A DNA stretch of 64,000 bases from contig NIVC01001247.1 in the NCBI GenBank assembly GCA_002269645.1, positions 158,928-222,927 on the forward strand. Reading direction: 5' to 3'. Below the pieces are notes generated by a model. It saw nothing but the letters and a program-made list of their open reading frames with translations, did not search any database and was not told where the DNA came from. The stretch comes from Macrostomum lignano (Eukaryota). Numbering within the stretch: position 1 is the stretch's first letter; each line of letters begins with the position of its first letter. The translations under genes were made by a program, and so were the position numbers. Of the stretch, positions 35,401-47,417 are shown piece after piece.

Positions 35401-38400
35401 GAAAGTCATTGTCGGCTGATTTTCCATGCAGGAATCATTCATTCCTTCACAGACAATCAGCCGACAATGATTACTTACTTGATTTATCCAAGTTTTATGA
35501 CACCCTGACTAAGGACATGAAACAGCTTACGACCGAAATCAAGACGAAACAAAAAAACAAATCAAGATTCGATACTGCATTTCGATACTTTCCGCATGAA
35601 TAAAATATTCTGCCTTTTACTTTTAAAACTCTCTGGAGGACGTTTCATAACTAACAGCAGTGACAAGAATCTGTTGAACGAATCAGCTTGGCACAATAGT
35701 GTTAGAACAATCTTCGAGGCCTTGAAAAGTTTTTATCCTCACCTTGACCAGGTGCAGCCGGCCATTCGAAGCTCTTGTAGTCAGTATGAGATGATTTGTA
35801 AACAGAAACACCTGTCGGGCGGCTTCCTTCTTCGAGTCCTTGCCAAAGGTTGAACTGAACGAGCCGAGTCTAGGCCTGATGCGCTGTTTGTCCGGCCCCA
35901 TCACCTGGGTCAGAGTGCCCTGTCGCACAAAGATCTGATTCACGTCCAACAAGATGTCGCAGCCTTCAACAATAGTCCGTTCGATGGCCAGATTTTTACG
36001 AATATTCTCCGTTTCGGAGACCTCGTCGTGCATCACGTGGGACAGATTCTCCAGCTTGCTGTTGGCGAACTCCAGCTGCTGACGGTCGACGTGATCGTGC
36101 GGCGTGTGAGCCAGCAGCTCGTGCAGGGTGATGATGTAGCGAGGTATCTGGTGCATCGGATAGGTGAGAAATGTATCAAGGCTGCGACCTTCGCACACCG
36201 GTCGATCCTCGTAGCGCTTCAGCAGGGCGGCAAACTCTGGCTTCTGCTTGTACTCGGCCAGCACCTGCAGGCTGAAATGGTGATTGCGGACGTACTCCTG
36301 GTAGATGGCCAGCATGGGCAGCAGCATGTCGAACAGGTCGCCCAGCTGAAGAGTTGGCCAATTGTCCATTTTGCTGTTTAGACCCTGCAAGAATATCTGG
36401 TGCAAGAAGAGCAGCGTCTCTCTGGAATCGGAATGGATGGTTTATTAGACATGTCTTCGTAACAACAATAATAAACAATAATACTGTTAGTAGTAACGCA
36501 GAAATACGGAGCTAAAAATTGCCGTACATGTATCATTGTTAGTGCTGAATAGCACTGAATATCAATCATAAACCCGAAATATCCCAAACCCGAAATATCA
36601 TAGCTTCAAAACTTAAAATACCGTTTGCTAGAACTTTCGGAGCTATGAAATTTCAGGTTTGGGACGGGCGTTGCTGTTTCAGTTTTTGGAGTTTAGCTTT
36701 TTCGGGTTTGCGACATTTCGGGTTTATAGATATTTCGGGTTTATGATATTTCGGGTTTATGATATTTCGGGTTTATGATATTTCGGGTTTATGATATTTC
36801 GGGTTTATGATCTTTCGGGTTTATAGATATTTCGGGTTTATGATATTTCGTGTTTATGATATTTCGGGTTTATGATATTTCGTGTTTATGATATTTCGGG
36901 TTTATGATATTTCGTGTTTATGATATTTCTGGTTTATGATGGAAAGTGCTTTCGGAGTTGTGATTTTTTGGGTTTGTGATGGCGACTCCCTTTAACCCCT
37001 GACCACCCGCGGCAAAAGTCACAAAGACGCCTCACGCGTTAAGAAAGATGGAATTCACGTCCTCGTGAGAGATGATCGGCTTTCGAGCAGAGGCGGCCAT
37101 TTTGAATGGGCGCAGAAAGCAGGACACGAGTACGCTGATCTGCTGCACGTACTCCTGCTCGCATTCTACCAGCCCGAACACGATGCCATTTCGCTTGCGC
37201 ATGTGCTCAGCGTGCTCAGATTTTATGTACATTTCCACTATCTGCTTCCAGCGCCTTCGGCACAGCCAGCCGCGGAAGAAAGACTGCACCTGGGAGGCCT
37301 TGAGAAATTGAAATGAGTTAGGTATTAGTTGAAGTAATTTACGCTATTGTACTTGTCTATTTAACACTCTCCCACTGAGTATCTCTTTCTTACACTGAGT
37401 ATCTCCTTCTTACACTGAGTATCTCCTTCTTACACTGAGTATCTCCTCCTTACACTGAGTATCTCCTTCTTACACTGAGTATCTCCTTCTTACACTGAGT
37501 ATCTCCTTCTTACACTGAGTATCTCCTTCTTACACTGAGTATCTCCTTCTTACACTGAGTATCTCCTTCTTACACTGAGTATCTCCTTCTTACACTGAGT
37601 ATCTCCTTCTTACACTGAGTATCTCCTTCTTACACTGAGTATCTCCTTCTTACACTGAGTATCTCCTTCTTACACTGAGTATCTCCTTCTTACACTGAGT
37701 ATCTCCTTCTTACACTGAGTATCTCCTTCTTACACTGAGTATCTCCTTCTCCCACGAGTATGTCCTTCTCCCTCTCCCACTGAGTATCTCCTTCTACGTT
37801 GAGTATCTCCCTCTACATTGAGTATCTCCTTCTACGTTAAGTATCTCCCTCTCCCACTGAGTATCTCCTTCTACGTTGAGTATCTCCCTCTCCCACTGAG
37901 TATGTCCTTCTCCCATTCATTGAGTATCTCCTTCTACGTTGAGTATCTCCCTCTACCACTGAGTATTTCCTTCTCCCACTGAGTATCTCCTTCTCCCATT
38001 GAGTATCTCCTTTTCCCACTGAGTATCTCCTTTTCCCATTGAGTATCTCCTTCTCCCATTGAGTATCTCCTTTTCCCACTGAGTATCTCCTTTTCCCACT
38101 GAGTATCTCCTTCTCCCACTATTTATATAATCTCCTCCCACTGAGTATCTCCTTCTCCCACTGAGTATATCCTTAACACACATGTCCTGAAGCCTTCTCA
38201 AGGTGAAAATAAAGTCAGCCTCAAATGACAGTGATTTATGCATTTACCTGAACCTTAGCAAGGTATACGTGCAATTTTAAAAAAATCTACCGAGCTATCT
38301 CCATTCTATAAGTACTTCATTCCATAGCTTGTGATAATGTATGATTTGCATTGATTGTACATATGAGTAGAACCGTAGATCAAGGTACATGTAAGTTAAA

Positions 38401-41400
38401 CCAGTGATAGCCGATTTCAATTATAGTAAACCAACTTAGATGATGCAACAAATATAAAGTTTCATGTAACTCAGCGGGGGTTTGGGTTGTGTGGCTTTGC
38501 CAATGTACTCAAATTTGGTCCCTCTGACCCATGAGCTTGAGTATGCTCTGTCCAGTGTACTTGACTCTAGATTGTTATAGGCATGTTGGTTGTATGCTTC
38601 CTACTTGTATAATAAAATCAATTGATGATAAATTCTGCAAGGCACGATTTCTTTTCACAAACCAAGGTTGACCTGTATTTGTTAGTGACTTGACTTGCAG
38701 TCCATAGTGAGCTTCAAGCCTACTTTCAATATTTCTACTCACCTTGCCATACATGTATAAAGAACTGAGCCATGCAACGCATGCACTATCACACGAAGAA
38801 AATCGCCTCAAGATCTGCTTGTTGTGCTACAAAAAGGGCTCATCAATGCAACGAATAGGTAATGCCTCGCTGAAACGCATTCAGGCACACTTTTTGCCCA
38901 ACTACAATGCGAATGATGAGCAGCTACCTGCAGCACTCTGTGCCCGATGCAACAAGCTTCTGGCTGACGTCGACAAGGGCATAAAAGCGCCGAATGTTTT
39001 GCCGAACTCCTCTGAGGTCGTAAAGGTGAGCCCAACAAAGATTACGCGACAGTCCAGCAGTTGTGCTTGCAAAATATGTGAGACTGCCCGGTTCAACCCG
39101 ATTGGGAAAGGACTGGGAAAATGGAAACCAGAGCCACATTCGCTTGGACGACCCGCGTGTTCGGATCCAGATCATGGTCTGCCACCGGCACAACCTGTTG
39201 TCATCTGCCAGCGCTGCCACTCAATGGTTGGCAGAGGTTTGCCTCACTACTGCACGCAAACACAGCGACGAGAAAATCTATTCAGTAAGTTGTCGCTAGA
39301 CCGTCGAGGTGCCGAAATCCACGCAAGTGACGTGATCAAAGCTAAGGCTGCTTCCACCGGCTCAAACTCTAGATTTCAATTGGCAACTAGAGGTCGTGAT
39401 CTTACAGTGTGTGTTGGGCAACGGGCTGGTAGTTCTACATCAATGAGAGGTGGCTGCGCCGTACCAGCAGAGGAATTCAGCCGATTCCAGCAGACGCTGT
39501 GTTTGAGCGGTCGGCAAACTAAGTTGGCCGCCCAATTTTTTCGAGCATGGAAAGGACGCAAGAGCATTGAGCCAAATTTGCGCAGCAAACTGAGCGCCAT
39601 CGACTCTGCTCTAGATGATTTGTTTGAGTTGACTAACCTAGAGATGGACTGTGCCAAAGGAAAAAGGGAAATGCGCAGCATTGTATTCTGCACTGATCCT
39701 CTGGCTCTGATTGACAGAGTGATGGCACGTCGTCAGGTCAGTGCAGATGACGGCGCATTGATTAAAGTTGGCATCGACAGTGGAGGCGGCTTCTTGAAGT
39801 TTTGTGTTAGCATTGTGTCTGCTCAAGGTTTAAAAGATCAACCTACCGGAAGTCGCAGCACGTACGCAGAAGGCGCATGCCGTTTCCATTTTGAGGATGG
39901 AGGAGTCCGTAAACTGCTCCTGCTTGCCATTGCCGAATCTGTTTCCGAGTCCTACGATAATCTGCAGCAGATCCTGAATCTTCTTAATTTGCAAGGATTT
40001 TCATTCTGTGCAGCAGTTGATATGAAAATTTCGAATGCGATCCTGGGACTTCAGTGCTGCAGCAGCACCCATCCCTGCCCTTGGTGTGAGACTGCCAGGA
40101 TCGATTTTTCTAATCCAGACCGCACGAACGTGTTGAGATCGATCGGCGGTATTCGGCTACAGGCATTTGAGTACCAGCGCACTGTAGAAGAAAAAGCGCC
40201 GCGCAACGTGTCTGCTGCTGCTTTCAAAAACTGTGTGCGTCCTCCTCTGCTCGAAGTTCCAGACAGCACGATGGTGCTCCAGGCCATTCCACCAATGGGG
40301 CTGCATCTCTTGCTTGGCGTGACCAATCGACTATTCGAAGAACTGGAAACTCAACTGCGAGGACTCGAAGACTGTCAGATAAGCACCGATGACTGGCTAC
40401 AGCAGCTTGGCCTTCGACGACCATTGCAGAACGGTGGGAACTTTGCCGGAAACGCCTGCGAGTGTCTTCTAAATGGCGTCGACATTTTGATTGCAATGCT
40501 GGCTCAGCACAATGTGTTTTCGGCAATGCCTGTAGCTCATGCCCTACGCTGCTTCCGCGATGTGAAGGCTTCGTGCTTTGGTATGAGTGTGTGTGGAGAC
40601 TTTGAGAATCGAGTCCGGGCATTCGAACAAGCCTATATCGATCTTGGAATCCGCGTCACCCCGAAAGTCCACGCTGTTATTGACCACGTTGTCCAGTTTT
40701 TGAACATGTCCAATCTAGCTGGAGAACCCAAGAAGGGACTTGGCTTCTGGTCTGAGCAGGTGGTTGAGACTGCACACCACGATTTCAGCAGCATGTGGCA
40801 AGACTTTCGGATTGATTTTCATCATCCATCGTATCCAGATCGACTGCGCAAGTGTGTTGTTGCATACTGCTCTCGTCATGCCTAAACAAAATGTGAACTA
40901 GCTAAATCAATCAAGACTGCGAATTAGGATTATACATTTCTCTTTATTGGGATGAACAAATAGTTCTTAGTCAGACCCTGTAGACTGGAAAGCGAAATTA
41001 AACAGAACATAAACAGGAAGTAAATAATTGGAATCTTTCAAAAAGCGTGTTATCTTACCCATTCAACCCACCGAAATACAATGTCCGCATTTCAAAATTC
41101 CATTCTAGCTTTGCAATGCATGCATAGAGATAGTTAGTTGACTAGAAAATGAAATCTAAAAGAGACTAGAGGATCGCTAGCTATTCTCTTATCCCGATAG
41201 GACCCTAAAGTTATTTTTTCTTTTATTTATTATTGAATTAATGATAGGAATACATTAGGTAGCTGGTGGAAACCTTAATTTAATTCTTTCTATGGTAAAC
41301 TTATATCGCAGAAGTCCTTGTTCTTACCTATCATCATGGAAAGGGAATAGCTTCCTTTGAAAACTCAGCAGTATTTAATAGAAGGATATGCCTATGGTTC

Positions 41401-44400
41401 CAAGGGCCAAAATGGCATGAATACGAGAGCTGTGCAGCAAATTTACAGGCTCACAGCCAATGAGATGGTAGCTACGTATGAGGAGGGAATAATAGCTACA
41501 ACTCAAAAGCAAGCGATAGAAAAATATCTGGGATAATATTCTCTCCATGCCTTGCATCACTCACGCACAATTTTGCGCAATGCTTCTTTGTCCACTTTTA
41601 TGTAGCATTCTCTGTACTGTACGAGTGTTTATGCTGTTTTTTGTTACATTTAGTCACAATTATTCATTGATGTTTCAATTTATACTTTATACTTTGGACT
41701 TTGTAAGGTGATGGCATACCTATGAATTATAATGAAAAGTTTCTGACTTGTTTTAGGATCATTTTTTCAAATTTCACAAACTCTTGTAGACACTCATTTT
41801 TTGCATCACGCATATTGAAAACCAATAGTAATTAGGTCATATGGTAATAAAGTGCTGTAAATCAGAGATAGCTCGGGAGATTTTTTTGAAATTGCACATA
41901 TGTTGTGCTAAGGTCCAGATGAGTGTGTAAATTATTGTCATTTCAGGCTGACTTTATTTTCACCTTTAAAGGGCTTCAAGACATGTGTGTTAAGTCTATC
42001 CATAATCGGAATCTTCAGTAACATTTTCAGAAACCTTCACGCCAAACCCTAGAGAAAAAATAGAATCCACTTTGCGGGATTTTTCAATTAAAAATCGTCT
42101 TTAATTAATCTGAAAAGCCCCTTTCATTGAAATTAAAAACTCCACACATTCTTGTTTCCACCCTCCCTTCGCTTTCCCGCTATCGCCAGACAAAATCCCA
42201 GGATACAATTTCCTTGGCTTTAATCAAAATTTGTCCAGCCATTTTCTTTGAGGGAAACCGTTTGCTCTGATCCCATCTGCAATTTATATTCCAATTCTGT
42301 ATCCAATTTCGTAAAGAGCTTTTAGCTTTCTTGGTGAATGTATCGATTGAAATTATTAATAATTTTTTTTCATATACAACCCGCCATTTCATAACCTTCT
42401 TGCTTCGGCGCAGCTCTTCTGATTCCTCGACTGACGATTGAGACGATTGGCTTCGACCCAGCTGGCTGCCGATTCGCTTGGCGCCTTTTAACTGCAAATT
42501 GTGTGGCGGGTAGAGTTGGCTAGCTTTTTGTAGAGAGTGACTTTAGCGATAGTCTACCGGTATGGTGATTCGAAAATAATTCAAATATGGCTTAAATTTG
42601 TCCACAGTCAAAGCATTTTAAAACATACTGGATATCTCAATATACGCTCGTAGACAACCAAAAGTTGGAAGGACGTTATGCTTATAAATATTGCGCGTTT
42701 TACAAAAGAGCAGCACAACCGCCTATCAGTGGGGAGGAGACAGGGTGAGGTAGGGGAAGAGAGGGAGGACAGGGAGGGAGAGAGAGAGGGAGGGAGCAAG
42801 AGGGACAGGGAGGGAGGAAGATGAAGAGGGAGGTAGAGGGAGGAGAAAGAGAAAGAGAGGGGGAGAGGGGCGGAGGAAGAGGGAGAGAGGGGGGGCGGGA
42901 GATGGTGAGAGCGAACGAGATCTTCTGGGAATTTTGGCCGAGCAGGTTATTTTAGGGACTGGAAAGTTGCACAATATTCATTAAAGCTCGTAGTCACTAA
43001 TTCAGCAAGACGAATGGGCATACTTGGCTAACACGATAGCAATTCCTTGCGCTACTGATGGTAATTTTCGCATTTTTTGACGAACTTTTAAAATGGATGA
43101 CACCAATAAATGTGACCAACCTCTCGAATCTCCATACGAAGTTTCCGCACCTCGCTACCCAGCTCCTCAGTCTGCTGGACGTAGTTCCATTTTGATCGGC
43201 GCTCGCTCTCCAGGATGTGCATCAAATGCTGGTGCTTCTGGTCCAGCTCCTCCTTCAGCTCCTGGAGCCGACTGTAGCTAAAAATATTATTATTTGGTGA
43301 TTTCGTTACAATGACGTCGATTCGCGATTGATTTATGCAGCTGAACAATTCAGAAAAACGGGATCATTAGCGATAGGCCACCTGTTGCATTGAGTTTTCT
43401 TTATTTATTCTGCTGACGCACACAAGGAGAACATCTGCTTAACGATTTCAACTTCGTATATTTGTCAGGCCGTTTACAAACTGCATGGCGTGCCTTGATT
43501 AATGTGTAACTGATCCATGAGCCTTGTCCTTCCCTCTCCTTTCTTTCTCTTCTACCTCTGCAGAGCCCCACCTCACTCCCCTATCTATCCCGTGCATTCC
43601 TACCCCTTCAGAGCCCCACCTCACTCCCCTATCTATCCCGTATCCCGTGCATTCCTACCCCTTCAGAGCGCCACCTCACTCCCCTATCTATCCCGTGCAT
43701 TCCTACCCCTTCAGAGCGCCACCTCACTCCCCTATCTATCCCGTACATTCCTACCCTTCAGAGCGCCACCTCACTCCCCTATCTATCCCATGCATTCCTA
43801 CCCTTCAGAGCGCTACCTCACTCCCCTATCTATTCTGTCCATTTCTATCCTTCAGAGCGCCACCTCACTCTCCTATCTCTCCCATCTCCTATCTCTCCCA
43901 TCCATTCCTACCCCTTCAGAGCGCCATCTCACTCCCCTACCTATCCCGTGCATCCCTACCCATTGAATAAGTCACAAAAGCGAACAGAATCTGAGCCACA
44001 AACCTGGCATTTCGAATCGCTTCAACCCAGGCTTCGCAATCTGTCTCCGATTCGGCACGCAAGTCGTAGTGCCGTTGACCGTCCTTCTTATAGAAGATAC
44101 TAAAACAGTGCTGCAACCATGAAAAAAATGAATTTACAATTGCTCAGAGAAACTCAGAGAAACCGAATATTTAGAAATAATTTCGAAATTTGTAAACTAG
44201 TCGCAATCGCAAAAGAAGCTCTTTACAAAAACTTACCGACAGTTGCTGCCGGTCGGTTCTGTCCGGCAATTTAACCGAAGCGAACTTATCGCAATAGGAG
44301 CCCTCAAGCAGAGCTACGCCGGATGGCCTGTCGTTACGCTCGGTCTCGTAGTAGAACAGCAGATTCTGGTACAGAATGAAGTAGCGTAACTGCCACCGTC

Positions 44401-44521
44401 CCGTGTCCAGACTGCGTTTAAACAAATTCCCAGCCATTGTGGACGCCGCCGCATTGTTCCGCCTGGCCTTGCTGGCCAAGTGCAACAGCTGGGAATCGTT
44501 GACTCGAATCGTTTTCTGCAT
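29483..44521 (-). CDS. RASGRF: Ras guanine nucleotide-releasing factor (RasGRF; PH-CC-IQ-DH-PH-REM-CDC25), 17 coding exons, about 1536 aa
   Basis: Exons (minus): 44237-44521, 44004-44110, 43121-43277, 42396-42491, 37036-37289, 35743-36421, 34760-35125, 34551-34633, 34393-34468, 34102-34298, 33106-33986, 32525-32991, 31567-31838, 30900-31265, 30682-30799, 30509-30577, 29483-29620. All are GT-AG with consistent phases, totalling 4611 nt. Motifs: [24 protein letters not shown] (IQ), [77 protein letters not shown]. Confidence 0.96.
31440..31500 (-). mobile_element. Short fragment of the same SINE family as 32125-32510
   Basis: AGATGTGCAACCGACAGCTCA is identical at 31459-31479 and 32315-32335. 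Confidence 0.55.
32125..32510 (-). mobile_element. 5'-truncated CORE-type SINE in a RasGRF intron
   Basis: Minus strand reads GTTGTGTCCTTCAGCAAGACACTTAACTGCATTGCTTCAGTTTAAATGGGTACC, aligning (from memory) to the MIR/CORE consensus TGTGTGACCTTGGGCAAGTCACTTAACCTCTCTGTGCCTCAGTTT..AAATGGG. A-rich tail near 32125. Confidence 0.65.
36567..36940. repeat. Fold-back element: 16-bp array (GATATTTCGGGTTTAT)n facing inverted copies
   Basis: Array at about 36700-36940. Its reverse complement CATAAACCCGAAATATC occurs at 36567-36583, with a partial second copy at 36586-36600. Confidence 0.85.
37372..38168. repeat. 20-bp minisatellite (CACTGAGTATCTCCTTCTTA), about 40 copies, RasGRF intron 4
   Basis: Near-perfect over about 37395-37745 and degenerate toward 38168. 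Confidence 0.96.
38177..41989 (+). mobile_element. Full-length Chapaev/Transib-like (CMC, RAG1-related) DNA transposon, 3813 bp
   Basis: TIRs at 38177-38300 and 41866-41989 (124 bp, 104/124 identical by hand alignment, no indels) start CACACATG. TTAA duplicated at 38173-38176 and 41990-41993. Encloses one intact transposase ORF. Confidence 0.92.
38753..40885 (+). CDS. DDE transposase with N-terminal Chapa-type zinc finger (710 aa)
   Basis: H-x7-CLLC ... [12 protein letters not shown] ... CKIC-x8-G (Chapa motif); [12 protein letters not shown] (D1); VDMK..LGLQ..THPCPWC (D2 plus CxxC); LHLLLG; [10 protein letters not shown] (H-x4-H); [10 protein letters not shown] (E). This parallels the RAG1/Transib catalytic and zinc-binding layout. 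Confidence 0.85.
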   Translation: MYKELSHATHALSHEENRLKICLLCYKKGSSMQRIGNASLKRIQAHFLPNYNANDEQLPAALCARCNKLLADVDKGIKAPNVLPNSSEVVKVSPTKITRQSSSCACKICETARFNPIGKGLGKWKPEPHSLGRPACSDPDHGLPPAQPVVICQRCHSMVGRGLPHYCTQTQRRENLFSKLSLDRRGAEIHASDVIKAKAASTGSNSRFQLATRGRDLTVCVGQRAGSSTSMRGGCAVPAEEFSRFQQTLCLSGRQTKLAAQFFRAWKGRKSIEPNLRSKLSAIDSALDDLFELTNLEMDCAKGKREMRSIVFCTDPLALIDRVMARRQVSADDGALIKVGIDSGGGFLKFCVSIVSAQGLKDQPTGSRSTYAEGACRFHFEDGGVRKLLLLAIAESVSESYDNLQQILNLLNLQGFSFCAAVDMKISNAILGLQCCSSTHPCPWCETARIDFSNPDRTNVLRSIGGIRLQAFEYQRTVEEKAPRNVSAAAFKNCVRPPLLEVPDSTMVLQAIPPMGLHLLLGVTNRLFEELETQLRGLEDCQISTDDWLQQLGLRRPLQNGGNFAGNACECLLNGVDILIAMLAQHNVFSAMPVAHALRCFRDVKASCFGMSVCGDFENRVRAFEQAYIDLGIRVTPKVHAVIDHVVQFLNMSNLAGEPKKGLGFWSEQVVETAHHDFSSMWQDFRIDFHHPSYPDRLRKCVVAYCSRHA
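42755..42905. repeat. A/G-rich low-complexity tract
   Basis: Polypurine run on the plus strand, in a RasGRF intron. Confidence 0.85.
43545..43965. repeat. About 48-bp minisatellite (CAGAGCGCCACCTCACTCCCCTATCTATCCCGTGCATTCCTACCCCTT), about 8 copies
   Basis: Period of 48 (43561 vs 43609), in RasGRF intron 2. Confidence 0.92.
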
Positions 44522-44859
44522 TCCCCAATTTTCCTATTCTTTTTCGACGTCGCCCTGCTGGCGAGTGAAACCTCATCCTGCTTCTGGCCTGATATGCGGG
44601 CGAAAAGAGCAGCAAGGGATTTCTCAATCGGTTGCGACTGGCTGCGGCTGCTGCTGCTGTGCTTGCGTCATGCAGACGCGATGTGAGGATTGGTTTTGAA
44701 AACGAGCAGGGTGAGAGGAGGAGTTGATGAGGCTCGGTTGAGGCTGGGTGAGGGGGAGATTTTTTAGCGAGCACAGAAGGCAGAATCCGCTTCAGAGTTT
44801 TGGGAATAACTTAACGGGCACTTCTACTAAGAGAGACTTGGAAAGAGCGCGTGAAATCC

Positions 44860-45070
<211 letters not shown>

Positions 45071-46369
45071 ACTAATCTATGTATGCATATAAATACTGCA
45101 CTGGCATTAGCAGAGACTGTCTATTTTTCCCTTTCCAAGGATTTAATGCAAGCCTGAGCTGGGATATTGCAGAAGCAGTGATTTTACTGCAAAAGTTCCG
45201 AATTAGACACTTCATCCTGTTTTTCTGGCACGCGCATTACTTTTTTAAAGTCAGTCCCGTCCATCCATAACCCTTGGCTTCTGAACTTGCTCGTCTCACG
45301 CAGATATGTCAGATTTCACTTTTTATGCGTGGCAGGATCTCCTGTCTCTATGCTTATTCCGTTACAGTCGGACACGAAATTCTACTTTTTGGGAAGCTCT
45401 ACAAGCCTCTTATTTTCTTTCTTAGCTTTGCGCGCTCATCTCTCAGGTGGAATAATGGGAGCGGGCGGGACTGCTAATTACATAGCAGGCCTGCTTAAAT
45501 AGGATGGTGACAGACGAGTCATGGGGCTGATGGGGCCTGGGCGGGGTGAAAAGGAAGGAGGCTGCAGGGCCGGTAATAGAGAGGCCTGTTATTGCTCTCG
45601 TGAACAGCTCAGGCTAGACATTGGAATTCGGAACAGAGCATCCGTCTTAATAATTGTGCTCATTTATTTATCTGGTTCAATTTCGTGCAGGCCCAACCCT
45701 CCAAGGCACGAGAGTGTACCTGCCTGACGATTAGAAAGTCAGGGGCCTGCTGTACACCCTGAGTGAGCGAGTGTATGGAGTGCGTGTCTGCTTACAGTGT
45801 TGGCTGCAGGTGCTCGGGAGTCAGCACTGGCTTCGGGACAATGTTCCGTAATTTTGTTCTACTTTAACAAAGAAAGTGTTGCAGACTACAGTCAGAAAAT
45901 TTGTTCCCGATTTTATTTGCCCACCTCAAGACGGCTAAGAATAAGATTTTATCGAGATGGTTTTCATCTTTCTAAGAACTGCTTGTTCTTTTTTGTCGAG
46001 TCACATGACTAGCTTTTAAAAACTCGAGGTTGGAACAGAAGAGGAGCTGAGAAGCAGGAGGGGAGAGGAGAGGAAAGGTCTCAGGAGAGTTGAGGCCTGC
46101 ATCGCTTTCAAGTTATCGGCAATATAATTACAGAATGAACTCAGCAGAGATAATTATGAGGGCAAGATTTTGTTGTCCGTTGCTGCTGTTTTCTTTTGCT
46201 TTGTTGCATTTTTCTGTTTTTTTTGCTCCTGTTGCCTGGTTTCCTCTGTGTCACGTTTTCTTTGCACCGAATTTTCTGCGGTATCGTGGCTTACCAAGTA
46301 TCAACTTTTTTAGGCCTTAATAGATCCGTAAAAACAGACTTTCGGCATCTTAATCGCCTCAATAGTCTC

Positions 46370-47200
46370 AGTTGGCGCCTCAATAATCAAGTTGGCGCCT
46401 CAATAATCATGATGGCGCCTCAAAAATCATATTGGCGCCTCAATAATCATATTGGCGCCTCAATAATGATATTGGCGCCTAAATAATGATATTGGCGCCT
46501 AAATAATGATATTGGCGCCTAAATAATCATATTGGCGCCTTAATAATCATCAAGTTGGCACCTCAATAATCATCAAGTTGGCGCCTCAATAATCCGTTTG
46601 GCGCCTCGATAATTCGTTTGGCACCTCAATAATCATCAAGTTGGCGCCTCAATAATCATATTGGCGCCTCAATAATCATCAAGTTGGCGCCTCAATAATC
46701 ATCAAGTTGGCGCCTCAATAATCATCAAGTTGGCGCCTCAATAATCATCAAGTTGGCGCCTCAATAATCATCAAGTTGGCGCCTCAATAATCCATTTGGC
46801 GCCTCAATAATCCATTTGGCGCCTCAATAATAATCAATTTGGCGCCTCAATAATCATCAAGTTGGCGCCTCAATAATCCGTTTGGCGCCTCAATAATCCA
46901 TTTGGCGCCTCAATAATCCGTTTGGCGCCTCAATAATCATCAAGTTGGCGCCTCAATAATCATCAAGTTGGCGCCTCAATAATCCATTTGGCGCCTCAAT
47001 AATCCATTTGGCGCCTCAATAATAATCAATTTGGCGCTTCAATAATCATCAAGTTGGCGCCTCAATAATCCGTTTGGCGCCTCAATAATCCATTTGGCGC
47101 CTCATTAATCAAGTCGACGCTTCAAAGATCAAGTTGGGGCCTCAATAATCAAGTTGGTGACTCAATAATCAATTTGGAGCCTCAATAGTCCTATTTGGCG
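46370..47200. repeat. 20-23-bp minisatellite (TTGGCGCCTCAATAATC plus variable linker)
   Basis: Tandem units with CAT, CGT or ATCAAG linker variants. Confidence 0.94.
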
Positions 47201-47417
47201 TCTCACTGGCTCTATTTTGCACCTCAATGGTTTTTTGAGGAAAATTCACCAGCTTTTCTTTGTGCATGTGTCAATCAGTTTACTTAAAAGTAGTCAAAGT
47301 AGTAATGTTAGTAGACAGCATATTGGATGAATTTATGCATAAAAAGGCTTGGCGGTCCTAGTTTATATTGACATGGGCATTGCTATCGGAATAGGTCATG
47401 CATTAACGATTCAATGG

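Noticed and set aside
40886-41865. RAG2-like or other second gene in the 3' part of the transposon (ProtoRAG layout)
   Set aside because: The region is AT-rich with only a 61-aa ORF lacking kelch or PHD features. There is no support for a second gene.
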